A stretch of DNA of 64,000 bases. Origin: the human T2T-CHM13v2.0 reference genome, Homo sapiens. The notes beneath the pieces are model-generated. The model was given only the letters and a program-made list of their open reading frames with translations, had not been told where the DNA came from and searched no databases. Positions within the stretch are counted from its first letter, which is position 1, and each line of letters opens with the position of its first letter. The position numbers were made by a program, and so were the translations under genes. Positions 40,627-51,890 of the stretch are shown here, piece after piece. Where the stretch lies: NCBI RefSeq assembly GCF_009914755.1, contig NC_060947.1; one strand, written 5' to 3'.

Positions 40627-43600
40627 ATGGCTGCCCCTCCCAAAGCTCCCATCCGTGTCAGGAATTTGACCATCAGAGCAGGAGCCCTCAGTGAGTGTTT
40701 CTGGCAAGGGAGGGAGCCAGAGTTTGGGTGGAGGAAGCATGAGTGGTTCTGTCACCAGTCCTGTCACAGAATTGCAGTGCGACCTGGGGCAAATTGCTCC
40801 CTGGACCTTAGTGTGCCCAGGTGCAAAATGTCACCAATGTTGTCTACCAAGTGTTTGTAGGAAGGAGAGAGCTGGGGGACAGGGCAATCGAAGAGCTCCA
40901 TGGTGAGATGAGACCTGCGACTGGAGGTGGGGTGAAGTGGGGTGGGGTTGGGGGAAAGACTCACCAAAGCTGTTCCTGGTCTTTCACAGCTGGGAAGGAG
41001 AACAACATGCTGCAGCCCGAGACCCACATCTTCACAGCCCCCGAGGAGGTAAGGAGAGTCGGTGACCAGTCGGGCAGGCTCCCACCCAGCCACTGTCCAG
41101 ACATCTTTCACCGTGTCCCAAGGACATGGGTTTCATCTTCAATCCTATCACCAGCTCACCATGTGACCTTGGGAAATATCACTTCTCCTCCCTGGGCCTC
41201 AATTTCCCCAGTTGCAAAATGAAAGGCAAGACTGGCTGGTCTTCAAGGTCTTCGGAGCTCTGACATTCTAGGCTCCTATCCTCATCCTAAAACATGTCCA
41301 CACCTCCTCTCTCCATGGCTGGCCTGGTACCTGACTGCAACCTGTGCTCTCTGCCCCTGCAGGGGAGCTCCCAAGGGGCTCTGCTGCTTGGCCAGGCCCC
41401 AGAACCTTTGTCTCTGCCCTGTACTCCAGTGACCTTGGAGCAGCAACTGGTTTCTCCTTCTGGGGATCCCCACAGGGCCCCTGCCCTGCCCAGCATGTGA
41501 GTAGCGTGAGGACCATGGAGCAGGTTGTGTCTTGTGTGCCTAACCTTGTCCTTGATGCCGTGGGAGATGGAGGAGGAAGAGGGGGAGGAGGAGGAGGAGG
41601 TGGTGGAGGGGGAGGAGGAGCAGGAGGAGGAGGAGGAGGAGGAGGAGGGAGAGGAGGAGGAGGAGAAGAAGGAGGAGGGCAAGGCAGCATCTAATACTAA
41701 CGGGCGAGGACAGGGCTCTCCTAGCTTTGCTATTTTCTATTTGTGAGACTTTGGACAAGTGACTTTATGTGTCTGAACCTCCATTTCCCTATGGATGTAC
41801 TGAGGACAATATTCTATACCCATAGCATTGAAAAGGGAACGGGCACAAGGCCTGCCACATAGTAGGGCTTCAACAAATGGGGGTTGTTATGCCACATGAA
41901 ACAGGTGGATGGGATAGAAGGTCCTGCTGAAAGGTGGGGTCCGTGCTGGCGAGGGCCACAGAGGCCCAGGGCAAAGCCCAGAGGCCATTAGAGAAAGCTT
42001 CCTGGAGACCCTTCAAGACCCATGGGGACTGGGCAATATGGAAGTGAGAACCAGTCCCTGAAGAGGGACAGTAATCACATCTCTCCAGGTGTTTTGCAAA
42101 TTAAAGCACGGACACCTGTAATTTCCCATGATTTTCACCATTGCCCTGGGAGGAAAGAGCTGGTAGGAATAAGCGTCCCTGTCAGGAAAAAGAGGTATGG
42201 AAAAGAAACCTGGCCAAGCGGGAGAAGGGACTTGCCCCAGCCACAATGACTAATGGTCCAGCAGGCATTGGGATTCTCACATCCAGATACTGCAAAATCC
42301 TGCCCCTCTTTCTGTCTACTGGTAGTATGTGTCCGCCAGCGGATTTAATCCCCTGGCCTCTCCTTTCCTTGTTTCTAGATGCTCAACTCTGATCCTCCAG
42401 CCCTGTGCCACCCTTGACCCTCTTCTACTGCAGCCACAGGTCCTGGGAAAGTAGTGGGGTCCAGAACCCTGGGAGGGGCGGAGTTTAGTGGATGGGAAGA
42501 GCAGAAGGCCTTGGTGGGGGTGGGGGAGGAGGTTGAGGGAACAGGGGGCTGAAGGGGCACTTGTCGTATTGGGAAGAGGTGTAGTTTCCCAGTGCCTATT
42601 CTCTCATGCACTTTCCTTTCCAGGTCCCCAAAGTCTCTGACCAGGCTTTGGTTTCTGCCCACTCAGAGTGGCAGCGGAAGCTGGAGGCCGCTGAGGCTCT
42701 GCTGACTCTGAGAAACTCTGCCCAGGCCCCTCCTGACTCCATCTCCCTGCACCAGCCTTGCAACCCACCAGGTAGCCTGCTCCCTGAAAGGAGAATACAG
42801 GGTGGGAATAGCTGGGGAATGGGGGTCGTTGTGGTAAGCAGGTTCTAACTGAAAAATCAGAGTCAGTAAGTTGAATCTCCTTGGGGCCAGGCACCCAAGC
42901 TCCTCAGTATGACTCCCGAGATGGTAGTTGAGGGCTGTTTATTGAATCTTCGGTTTATTGAGCTTTGTGTGCAACAGCAAGCGTTCAGTGCCCTGATGTC
43001 AAGAAAGAAGGAAGCTGAGGCCCTGAGAGTGGCAGGGACTTGCCCTCTCTGATATGCATGCAGCATATCAAGTGGAAGAACCGGCCCTCTTGACTTTCAG
43101 CCCAGGGTCTATGCTCAGCCGCCTGTGGCCTACTGTGGTCTGGGGAGGACATACAGAGGTGATAAAGGGCTTGGTCTGGAAGGAGGTCTGGTCTCTGCCT
43201 TCCGGGAGCTTCCAGTCTAGATGTGGAGCCTGGATGCCCTTGCAAGCTGTGTTTTGTGGCCAAATTTTAACGATGTGCCCAGAGAGGAGGGGCTGGAGGA
43301 GCTCCGAGGGGGGATAAACAACTGGGGAGGCTGGGAGGGAAGGCTAGGCATTCCCAGATCCAAATGGTGAATGGAGCATGGTGTGTCAGTGAAGAAACAC
43401 CCCTGGAGGGACTGCTGGAACAGAAAGGGATGAGGCTGGAGAGGATACCAATCACAGAGGTCTGACAGGTCAGGCTTAGGAGGCTGGACCAGCAACTGTG
43501 GGTAGTGAGGAGCCAGGGAACGTTTTCTGAGCTAGGGAGAACAATTTCAGAGACCCTGAGCTTGACAAAAAGAGTTGTGGTGGCTTTGATGGAAGGATTG

Positions 43601-43869
43601 GGGGAGGCAAGATGGGAGATGGGGAAATCAGAGAGGAAGAGGTCTATGCAACAGTCCAGGTGACAAATCTTTGGTTGGGCGGGACGCATAAAAAGAGTAG
43701 ATCTGGAAGGGGATGTGGATGTGACCTGGCTCTGGCCCCTTCCTTTCTGTCCACAGCTCCTGCTGGAGATAAAGGATTCCAGCCTCCCAGCCCCTCTCTC
43801 CGCCCCAGGCCAGCCAGCTCCATCTCGCTGCCTATTGGACATCTGGGATGCATCTCCCTCTTGAGCTAG
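40627..43869 (+). CDS. DMRTC1B: Doublesex- and mab-3-related transcription factor C1 (DMRTC1/DMRTC1B), 192 aa; exons 40627-40690, 40990-41048, 41363-41496, 42379-42439, 42624-42771, 43757-43869
   Basis: All introns GT-AG with consistent phases; 64+59+134+61+148+113=579 nt. Protein [36 protein letters not shown]...[19 protein letters not shown]...[10 protein letters not shown]. Donor at 42440 (GTCCTG) is weak. The two arm copies cannot be told apart from sequence alone. Confidence 0.95.
41130..41270 (+). mobile_element. MIR fragment
   Basis: atgtgaccttgggaaatatcacttctcctccctgggcctcaatttccccagttgcaaaatg. Confidence 0.7.
41569..41678. repeat. (GGA)n intronic repeat
   Basis: Seen directly in sequence. 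Confidence 0.95.
41715..41890 (+). mobile_element. MIR in DMRTC1 intron (likely donor of the 42-bp insert at 40197)
   Basis: tgtgagactttggacaagtgactttatgtgtctgaacctccatttcc...cctgccacatagtagggcttcaacaaatg. Confidence 0.75.
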
Positions 43870-44271
43870 GAACCCAGAGGAGGAGGCCTCAATAGAGCAC
43901 TGCCTATTTGGTATCCAGTTTCTGAATGTGCAAAATGGTTAACGTCCAAAACGCTTAACGTCTTTTTTTAAAGCCTTCAGGTGTTTTATAAGCTTTTTAT
44001 TATATGGGGCAACTCCTTGGCTGAGGGTGGATATTCTTGTACCTCTGTCCCTTACTCTTTTGGATGCTGGGGCCTTTTTCTGTCTCATAAAGACAGGATT
44101 GTGCAATCTAAGTTGATCAGTCTCTCAGTGGGGTTCTGTGTGAGTTCATATGCCAGAGTTTTTATTCGTCTTGTGATTGCTGACATACCTGTGCACTCAT
44201 GTGTATACCCCTGCATGTGGAAACATGAAGATGTTTTCACTTTGTGTCTAGGTTTATGTACGTGAACAAAT

Positions 44272-44277
44272 AATAAA
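44272..44277 (+). terminator. Likely DMRTC1 poly(A) signal AATAAA within an MLT1-like LTR end
   Basis: First AATAAA after the stop codon, followed by GT-rich ttgttgtt and gggttgtttgtta. Confidence 0.7.
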
Positions 44278-46209
44278 CCGTTGTTGTTATAAGGCACTGT
44301 GATATACGGGTTGTTTGTTACCACAGTATAACCCAGACTATCGCGACTCTAACCGATTTGTTCAATTCATGTTTCAAAGTGAGAATCACCTTATCCAATA
44401 ACTGGGATTTCCTAACATGGCTAGATAAGAAAATGGTAGAGGAAAAAGAGTAGGGTATGTATTCATTGAGCAAGGAAGTACCTACCCTCTGCCTGGCATA
44501 GACTGTTTCCAGTTGCCCAGAGGGCCGTAAGTGGCAATGCCTGTAGGATCAAGCAGATCATGTAAATGAGTAGAGCAGGCCCGATGGCCTCTGGCCAAAC
44601 TGACAGTGTATGCTCTGCGTAAGTGGGCAGCTGCTGCTTGGCTCCAGGCAATTGTTGCCATGCAGGGATAGCGACTCATGGTGGCCAAATTGACTGTTTT
44701 TTCAAGAGAAGATGGAATTCTAGATTTCTACATAAAATCACTCAACTTTAAACGTTGGCTCGGGTTTCTTCTTTAAGCCCTATATCTGGGCCAAACCAAA
44801 CTTCCTTGAAGGACAGTTTTGGCCAAGGGAAATGCCAGTTTTGTTCTAGACCAATGTGAATTTTACAGTGGGGGAAACTGAGGCCAATCAGGACAAGAAG
44901 AATCAAACAGGAGAAATGAGTTAGACTCAGACCCTGTTTTTGAAGGACCCATGAAATATGAGGAAGCATCACTACCTTTTATTTATTCTGTGCACACCGC
45001 ACTAAGCACATACAGCCTCACGGCAACTTTGCAAGCTAAGCATTATTATTGCCATTTTGCCTATGAGGAAACACACTCAAAGAATGAAAGTGACTTGCAG
45101 AAGTGGTTTGGGGGAAATTTTAAGCCAAAGATCAGCGAACACTCCCTTGTCTTTATCAGGCCCTAAATCAGCGAATAATTCGATTTTTAAATAAAGCATT
45201 GAATAAAAGGTTCAAAACTCAAAGCAACAAACATCAGTCAGAGGGTTTTTCCAAAATAGTCCCTTTATTTCTTACTCAAGGTAACAACAATATGTAGTAA
45301 TCGATCAGATCTTTCTTACCTGCACTGGTTTCCCAGTCCTCTGCTGATATTCTAAACAAATGAAGACCTGGAGACCCCCCACCAGGCAGAAAGAAAGCTC
45401 AATTGGACATGCCTGGATATGGGCCCTTTTCCATGCTATTATCTCCCTCCTTTCTTCCCTCCCAGTACTTTACCCAAGACAATTGATTCGGATGACATCC
45501 AATTACAACTTGTCCTTTCTTTTTTGAGACCCCGAGAAGTCAGGATTCTTATATTCTTGATCTGATGGCAGAGAAACAAACGTGCAAAGTCACTCAGACT
45601 CGGAGCAAGACTAGACTGAAGTCCAGCTCACACCTTCCTTCTTCCCTGATTTGTTACTCGAACAAATGATCCCAAAGCCCCTCCTTTCCTAGTGATGGAT
45701 GAACAAGTCCACATATTTCTGGAGGAATGAAGCGGTAGTACCTGGAAGAGGACTAAGATCCTGCTATGAAATCGTGTCCTAGGCACACCACAGTCCCACA
45801 GTTGACTTGGGTGAAAGAGGAGGCATATTTTGGTTAAAGGATGTGGCATGAGAAGAGGGAGGAAAAACAGAAATAAAGTGATGGGCATTGGGGGAAGCAG
45901 TGAGGCCCTTTTCCCTGTCCCCTTTTATTTTCCTGATGCCCCCCTCCCCCCATACACACACACACTTTTTCTAAAGTCTCATAATGGTGTATTTTTGGCA
46001 TCTTAGGACATCTTTGTGAATGTTAAATATCAAACCTTTTTCGTGTACTTCCCTTAGCCGTGTACTACCCCTGTTCATAGATTTAAAACATGGCTGTGTA
46101 GAGCACTGTGAGTTATGTCTTGACTCGTGTATGTCACATAACAGCATTGGTTAGATCTGAGCATACCCATCACATCAGAGCTTCTGTAGAGTGGATCAAT
46201 TTCAACCAT

Positions 46210-46590
46210 TAGTGTGCAGGTACAGGTTTAGCAACTGGCTCTCAGGGGAAAGGAAGGTTGGGGGAAATGCCCTGGGTTGTTGCATTTGCCGAATGCAAGA
46301 TATCAAAGTGATGTCAGTGAACGCAGAGTTGGGAAGAGATGTATTTTTACCATTCGGATACCATAAATGTAAATAACCACAAGAACACAGATAACAGTAC
46401 AACGTAGAAAAATAATTAGGGATTGATATTTTTTAGCATATATTATGTTTGTTTTCAATATAATTGATGTGATTGTTAGTTTATATAATGTAGTTTTTAA
46501 TAATGGCTGTATTTAACAACTGGCTCACAAAATTCTTGAAAATCTTATGGTTGGCTCTTATGTTCTGGTAAGAGCCAGCTCCAGCACTCC
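46210..46590. mobile_element. MER63-like hAT DNA transposon
   Basis: ggtttagcaactggctc...tttaacaactggctcacaaaattcttgaaaat...gagccagctccagcac. Confidence 0.55.
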
Positions 46591-47351
46591 GCCACTTTCA
46601 ACCCTTGCCCAGAAAGACAGCTTTTCCAAAGTAGGTTCCGCTAACACTGCAGGGCCATAAAGGGCTGCTACTGCTGGTTTCTGATCAAGAACAGCCTAAA
46701 ATGTATGGGAAAGTATTATTTTTAAATTAAAAAATGGAAAGACCTGGGACAAATATTGAGCGGAATAAACAGTCAAAACCATTTATGTGGGAATGCGCAT
46801 TCTTGGAGGGGGCCAAAGTCGGGTAGAGGTGAGTGGTAGGGATCTCAGAATTGGCAAAACCCATCCATACACGGTTATATTCAACAGATTTCTCTTTTCT
46901 TTTTTGTCAACAGATTTCTTAAAGGCTAGAGAAATGGGGGCAACCGGTATTACCTGGCCATTGGACCTGTATCTCTCTTTAGAGAGACTGACATTCATTA
47001 CACTCTCGCCTCCTGCTTAGATAAATGCTGCATAAGCTGTTAATACATAAACTTCTCCACCTCGCCTTTTTTAAAAACTTAAAAACACATCCTTGAGGCT
47101 ACCTGATCGCCAAGCTGAGAACAGTGTTATTTCAGTGAATGGATGTACTGACCACACTATTATGCATCTTGTGAAGCATTTAAAGTCACACATATAAGAA
47201 AAATTTCTATAAATGCCACTTGTTCCCCACGTTGAGAACTGTGTTATTTCAGTGAGTAGATGTGTTAGCTACAATGTAATGCATGTACTGAAGTGGTTAA
47301 AGACACATGAATAAACAAAGTTACTAAAAGTGAAAAAAGAGAAATCCTTGA

Positions 47352-47645
47352 GGCCGGCGTGGTGGCTCACGCCTGTAATCCCAACATTTTGGGAGGCCGA
47401 GGCAGGTGGATCACTTGAGGTCAGGAGTTTGGGACCAGTCTGGCCAACATGGTAAAACCCCGTCTCTACTAAAAATACAAAAATTAGTCAGGCGTGGTAG
47501 TGGGTGCCTGTAATCCCAGCTACTCAGGAGGCTGAGGCAGGAGAATTGTTTGAACCCGGGAGGCAGAGGCCGCAGCGAACTAAGATCGCGTCACTGCTCT
47601 CCAGCCTGGGCGACAGAGCGAGACTCTACCTCAGAAAAAAAAAAG
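47352..47645 (+). mobile_element. AluS
   Basis: Full Alu; TSD aga(a/t)atccttgag on both sides. Confidence 0.92.
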
Positions 47646-47811
47646 ATATCCTTGAGATCACTCCACAGTCCTCCCTGCAGACATCCCTCACTCCTCACGA
47701 CAACTAGAGGGTACTCCATTGTGTGGACCTACCATAGTGTGGTCAACTGGTCTTCTATTGATGGACACTCTGGTTGTTTCTATTCTTGCTATTATTTTAT
47801 TTTATTTTTTC

Positions 47812-47935
47812 TTTTAGTAGAAACGGGGTTTCACCATGCTAGCCAGGCTGGTCTCGAACTCCTGACCTCAGGTGATCCACCTGCCTCGGCCTCCCAAAGT
47901 GCTGGGATTACAGGCGTGAGCCACCGCACCTGGCT
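47812..47935 (-). mobile_element. Alu left-monomer fragment (mirror copy 63893-64000, +)
   Basis: Antisense Alu left arm. Confidence 0.85.
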
Positions 47936-50116
47936 CTCGCTATTATTTTAAATATGGCTGCAATGGATAGGCTCCTGACATAATCTTTAGCAATTTTTAT
48001 ATCACTACATCTTTGGGATTGATCCCTAGATGTACCATTGCTGCTTAAAAGGTGAAAACACAAGGTATCTTGCTCATTACTGTCAAATACCTCTTCAAGA
48101 AGGATGGACCATTTGCCTTTTCCCCATCAATATCGGAGAAAGAAAGTTTTCCCAGCATCTCACCAGTAGTATTGCCAGATTTTTGAATTTGCCCATCTGA
48201 TAGGAGATAAATGATATATTAGTGCATACATTAGCTTGCGTTTCCCTTCACATGTGCAAGGCTGCACATCTTTTCCATACGGTTAAGAGAAATTCCTGTT
48301 TTCTTTATTCTTATGTACTTTTAGTTTATAGTTTTGGCCCAGTTAGTATAGGGGCCTTGGCATTTTCTCCTTTCCAAGAAAAGTTCTTTACGTCTTAGGG
48401 ATATATTAGGACATTTACCTTTCCTTCTGATATAAGTCGTAAATCATTTTTCCTCTTTGTCATGTATCTTTTTACCTCATTGATGGTGTTTTGTTTCATT
48501 GTTTGCCATGCAAAAGCATTTTATGTTTCCTTAATAAACTTTATCAATATTTTGCCTTATATCTTTTGGGTTTTTAGTCATAGCTAGGAAAGATTTCCCA
48601 CTCTAAATATAGAGAAGATTGTCTCCTGTCACACTGTAAACTCTGGTCCACTTGAAATGTATCCTCGTGTATGGTGTGAGGAAGAGATCCAGTTTTTCCA
48701 ATACCACTTGTTAAAAAGTTCCCCCATGGGAGTGATATCAGCATGACAGCAGTCAAGAAAGCTACAGTCCCTCCTTCCCTGATAGAGACATTAACTTAAC
48801 AACATTATATAAACCTAAATACCTCTGTGAGAATTGTAGAGATCACTGGACAAGCTACAGCACATTGGCCCTTGTAAAACCAAGAGGGGATTCCAGTGAC
48901 AGGGGTAGGAAAATTCCCAGCATTCAGCATCCCCCTTGTGCCCCTCCCTCTACATGGTGTAGTGTGGAACACTAGGAAAAAAAAAATCACGAATTCTGGG
49001 CCCCTCCCTTGGGATAAAAACAAGAGAGTGGACCATGCATACAACGTTCTGGCTTGTTTGGGGGCTATTTGAGGGACTGGTTTCTGTCTTGCCTGACTTG
49101 GAAGGCTGAAGCAACCTGAGATAGAGTCTGGAAGCTCCTGAAAACGAAAGTGCACAGCAGGTAAGAGCTGCAGTTATGTAGGTAGATGCCAGGGGCAACA
49201 AGACATTACAAAAGGTTTGAGAGGTCCTAGAACCTCCAGCCAATTGGCGAAGGTCTTCCTATGCACCAAGCTGGTATGCAAAGACTGGGAGAGGTGATTG
49301 TTTCTTCAAATGCCCAAATCCGAACAAAAGATTTCAAGACATACAAATCAACTGGGGAAGATGGCCCAGTCACTGGAGCAAAACAACACTCCAGGAGCCA
49401 GCCCTAAATAAATGTAGACCTAAGAGCTGCCTGACAAAGAATTTAAAGTAATTGTCATAAAGATGTTCAATGAGCTAAAATAGAACACAGAGAGACAACT
49501 AAATGAAATCGGGAAAATGAAGCATGAACGAAATGAGAATATTGACAAAGAAATTAACACTATAACAAAGAACCACGCAGATTCTAGAGATGAAAAAATA
49601 ATACAATAACTTAACTGCAAAATTCACTGGAGGTGTTCAATAGACCACTTGATAAGGCAGAAGAATTATCAAGCTTGGAGGCAGGTCATTTAAAATCATC
49701 ATGTCAGAGGAGCAAAAGAATAAAAGAATGAAGAAAAGTGAAGATAGACTAGGGGACTTTTGGGACACCATCAAGTGAACTAGTATATGCATTATGGTAA
49801 TCTCAGTAGGAGAAGACAGAAAGAGAGAGAGCTGATTTGAAGAAGTAATGGCTGAAAACTTCCTAAATCTGCGGAAAAAAAAAAATTGACACAAAGATCC
49901 AAGAAGCTCAAAAAATCCCACCAAGGTTAAATCCAAAGAGAACCACACATTATACTCAAACTGCCTAAAGACAAAGACAAAGAGAGAATCTCAACAGCAG
50001 CAAGAGACATTTGGTCACATACAAGGCTACTTTCATAATGTTATAAATGGATTTCTGAGAAGAAACTTTGCAGACCAGAAGCAAGTAGGATGATATAATC
50101 AAAGTGTTGATATTAA

Positions 50117-50260
50117 AAAAAGAAGAAGAAAGAAAGAAAGAAGGAAGGAAGGAAAAAAAGGAAGGAAGGAAGAAAGGAAGGAGGGAAGGAAAAAGAAAGA
50201 AAGAAAGAAAAAGAAAGAAAGGAAGAAGGAAGGAAGGAAGGAAAAGAAAGAAAGAGAGAG

Positions 50261-50303
<43 letters not shown>

Positions 50304-50330
50304 AGGAAGGAAATAAAAGAAAGGGAAAGA
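50117..50330. repeat. Complex (GAAA/GGAA)n tract (mirror ~61478-61712)
   Basis: 10 GAAA units at 50262-50301 versus 15 TTTC units at 61507-61566. Confidence 0.95.
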
Positions 50331-50350
50331 AAAGAAAACTGCCGACCCAG

Positions 50351-51273
50351 CTGTGCTGATGCACAACATTGAATTCTCCTTAAGCTCTGTAAGTCGTGGC
50401 AGGCTTCATCAGTGCAATGTTCACAGGGTAAGTCTTAAACTTTATAGAGGATGGCAGGTATATCAGTTATTTCTGATGTAAAAACATTCGTGTTTCTGAC
50501 TTTGAATTGAGAGCTTTTAGGGGGAGCATAATGGCTAGTGTTGTCACTATCAAAAATCTAAAAAGAAAAACTGAGATCTTTTTAATCTGGGTTACAGCAC
50601 TCATGGCATGAACCTTACTCCACATGGGTGTCTTTGTTTGGTGGTGTTTTTTTTGTTTTTTGTTTTTTGTTTTTCTTTCTTTTTTTTTCTTTTTCTTTTT
50701 TTTTGTTTTTGCGCTTCTGAGGCTGGATATGTATGTCTAGCTGAAGATTTGATGTGGTTCCTCCTTAAGCTGTGTGTCCTGTTAACAATAGGTACTGTAC
50801 CGGGCTCCATGTGTCACTGGGGGTAGGACCTATATTTTTAATACTGTTCCTAACATTTCATTTTCTAGCGAGAAATCTTTGATTTCATTTTATTTTTTGT
50901 AATTCTAGACACTAGATTGTAGTTTAGCCATAACCGACGTTTTTAAAAAAGGGATATATTTTCTTGCACAGTTGTTCGAAAAAGAGACAAGTTTCAGTCC
51001 TCAGTGCTGTCTTTTGTTTTACAGGTACAAGTTTTCTAGCTCAGACAACTACCAAAAACTGTAGACTATTCGCGAGGTATTAACTCACAGACCCGCTGGG
51101 GGCAGGGGCTGTTTTCTAAGTTGTAGGCAGAGGGGGATTGGGATGGTACAGTATGCACAAACAGGTACTGAGCTGACAGACTGGAATTTTCTGTACTAAA
51201 ATGTTACTTTGTATCAAAAGTTAAACAGACTTTAGTACAACAAATAAAGGTCAATTTCTGTAAAGAAAAAAAG
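50351..51273 (+). pseudogene. 5'-truncated processed pseudogene (mRNA 3' UTR only), parent gene not identified (mirror ~60535-61457, -)
   Basis: Non-L1 sequence inside L1, AATAAA at 51243-51248, A-tail from 51262, 20-bp TSD at 50331-50350 and 51274-51293 with 3 mismatches. Confidence 0.8.
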
Positions 51274-51890
51274 AAAGAAAACTGTCAACCCGGAACACCG
51301 ATTCTGGCAAAACAGTTCTTTAAAAGTGAAGGAGAAATTATGACATTCCCAGATAAACCAAAGCTAAGGGAGTCATTACCGCTAGACATGCTCCGTAGGG
51401 GATGCTAAAGGGAGTCCTTCAAGTTAAAAGGAAAGGGCCATAGACGGCAACATAAAGCCTTACGAAAATACGAATCTCTCCAGCCAAGGTAAATACATAG
51501 AAACACATAGTAACCTATAACACTGAAATTTTGGTGCAAGGAATTTAAATGACAAAAAAAAAACCATAAACCATAGCTATAAATCTATGTGAATGGGTAC
51601 AAAATATACAAAGATGTAATCTGTGACTCAACAACATAAATGGGGGTAGGGTGGGTATGGAGCTGCAAAGTCGTAGAGTTTTTCTATGCCATTTAAGTTC
51701 ATTGTTATTAGTTTAAAATGGAGTCCTATGAATTTAATGTGTTTCATGTAATTGCTGTGGTAATGGCAAAGAACGTATCTATAGAGTATACACAAAAGAA
51801 AATGAGAAGAGATTCAAAGCATATCACTAGAAAAGTATCAATGAACCGATGTAAGGCAGTAGGCGAGGAAAGGAGGGACAAAAATAAGCT

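Larger units (their letters stand above)
48725..51890 (+). mobile_element. Old L1M 5' UTR/ORF1 region, interrupted by (GAAA)n and a retrocopy (mirror 59918-63103, -)
   Basis: ORF1-like A-rich sequence (gagctgcctgacaaagaatttaaagtaattgtcataaagatgttcaatgagc). Confidence 0.7.

Noticed and set aside
41268-41758. Poly-Pro, poly-Gly, poly-Glu, poly-Ser and poly-Leu ORFs
   Set aside because: Six-frame readings of an intronic (GGA)n repeat.
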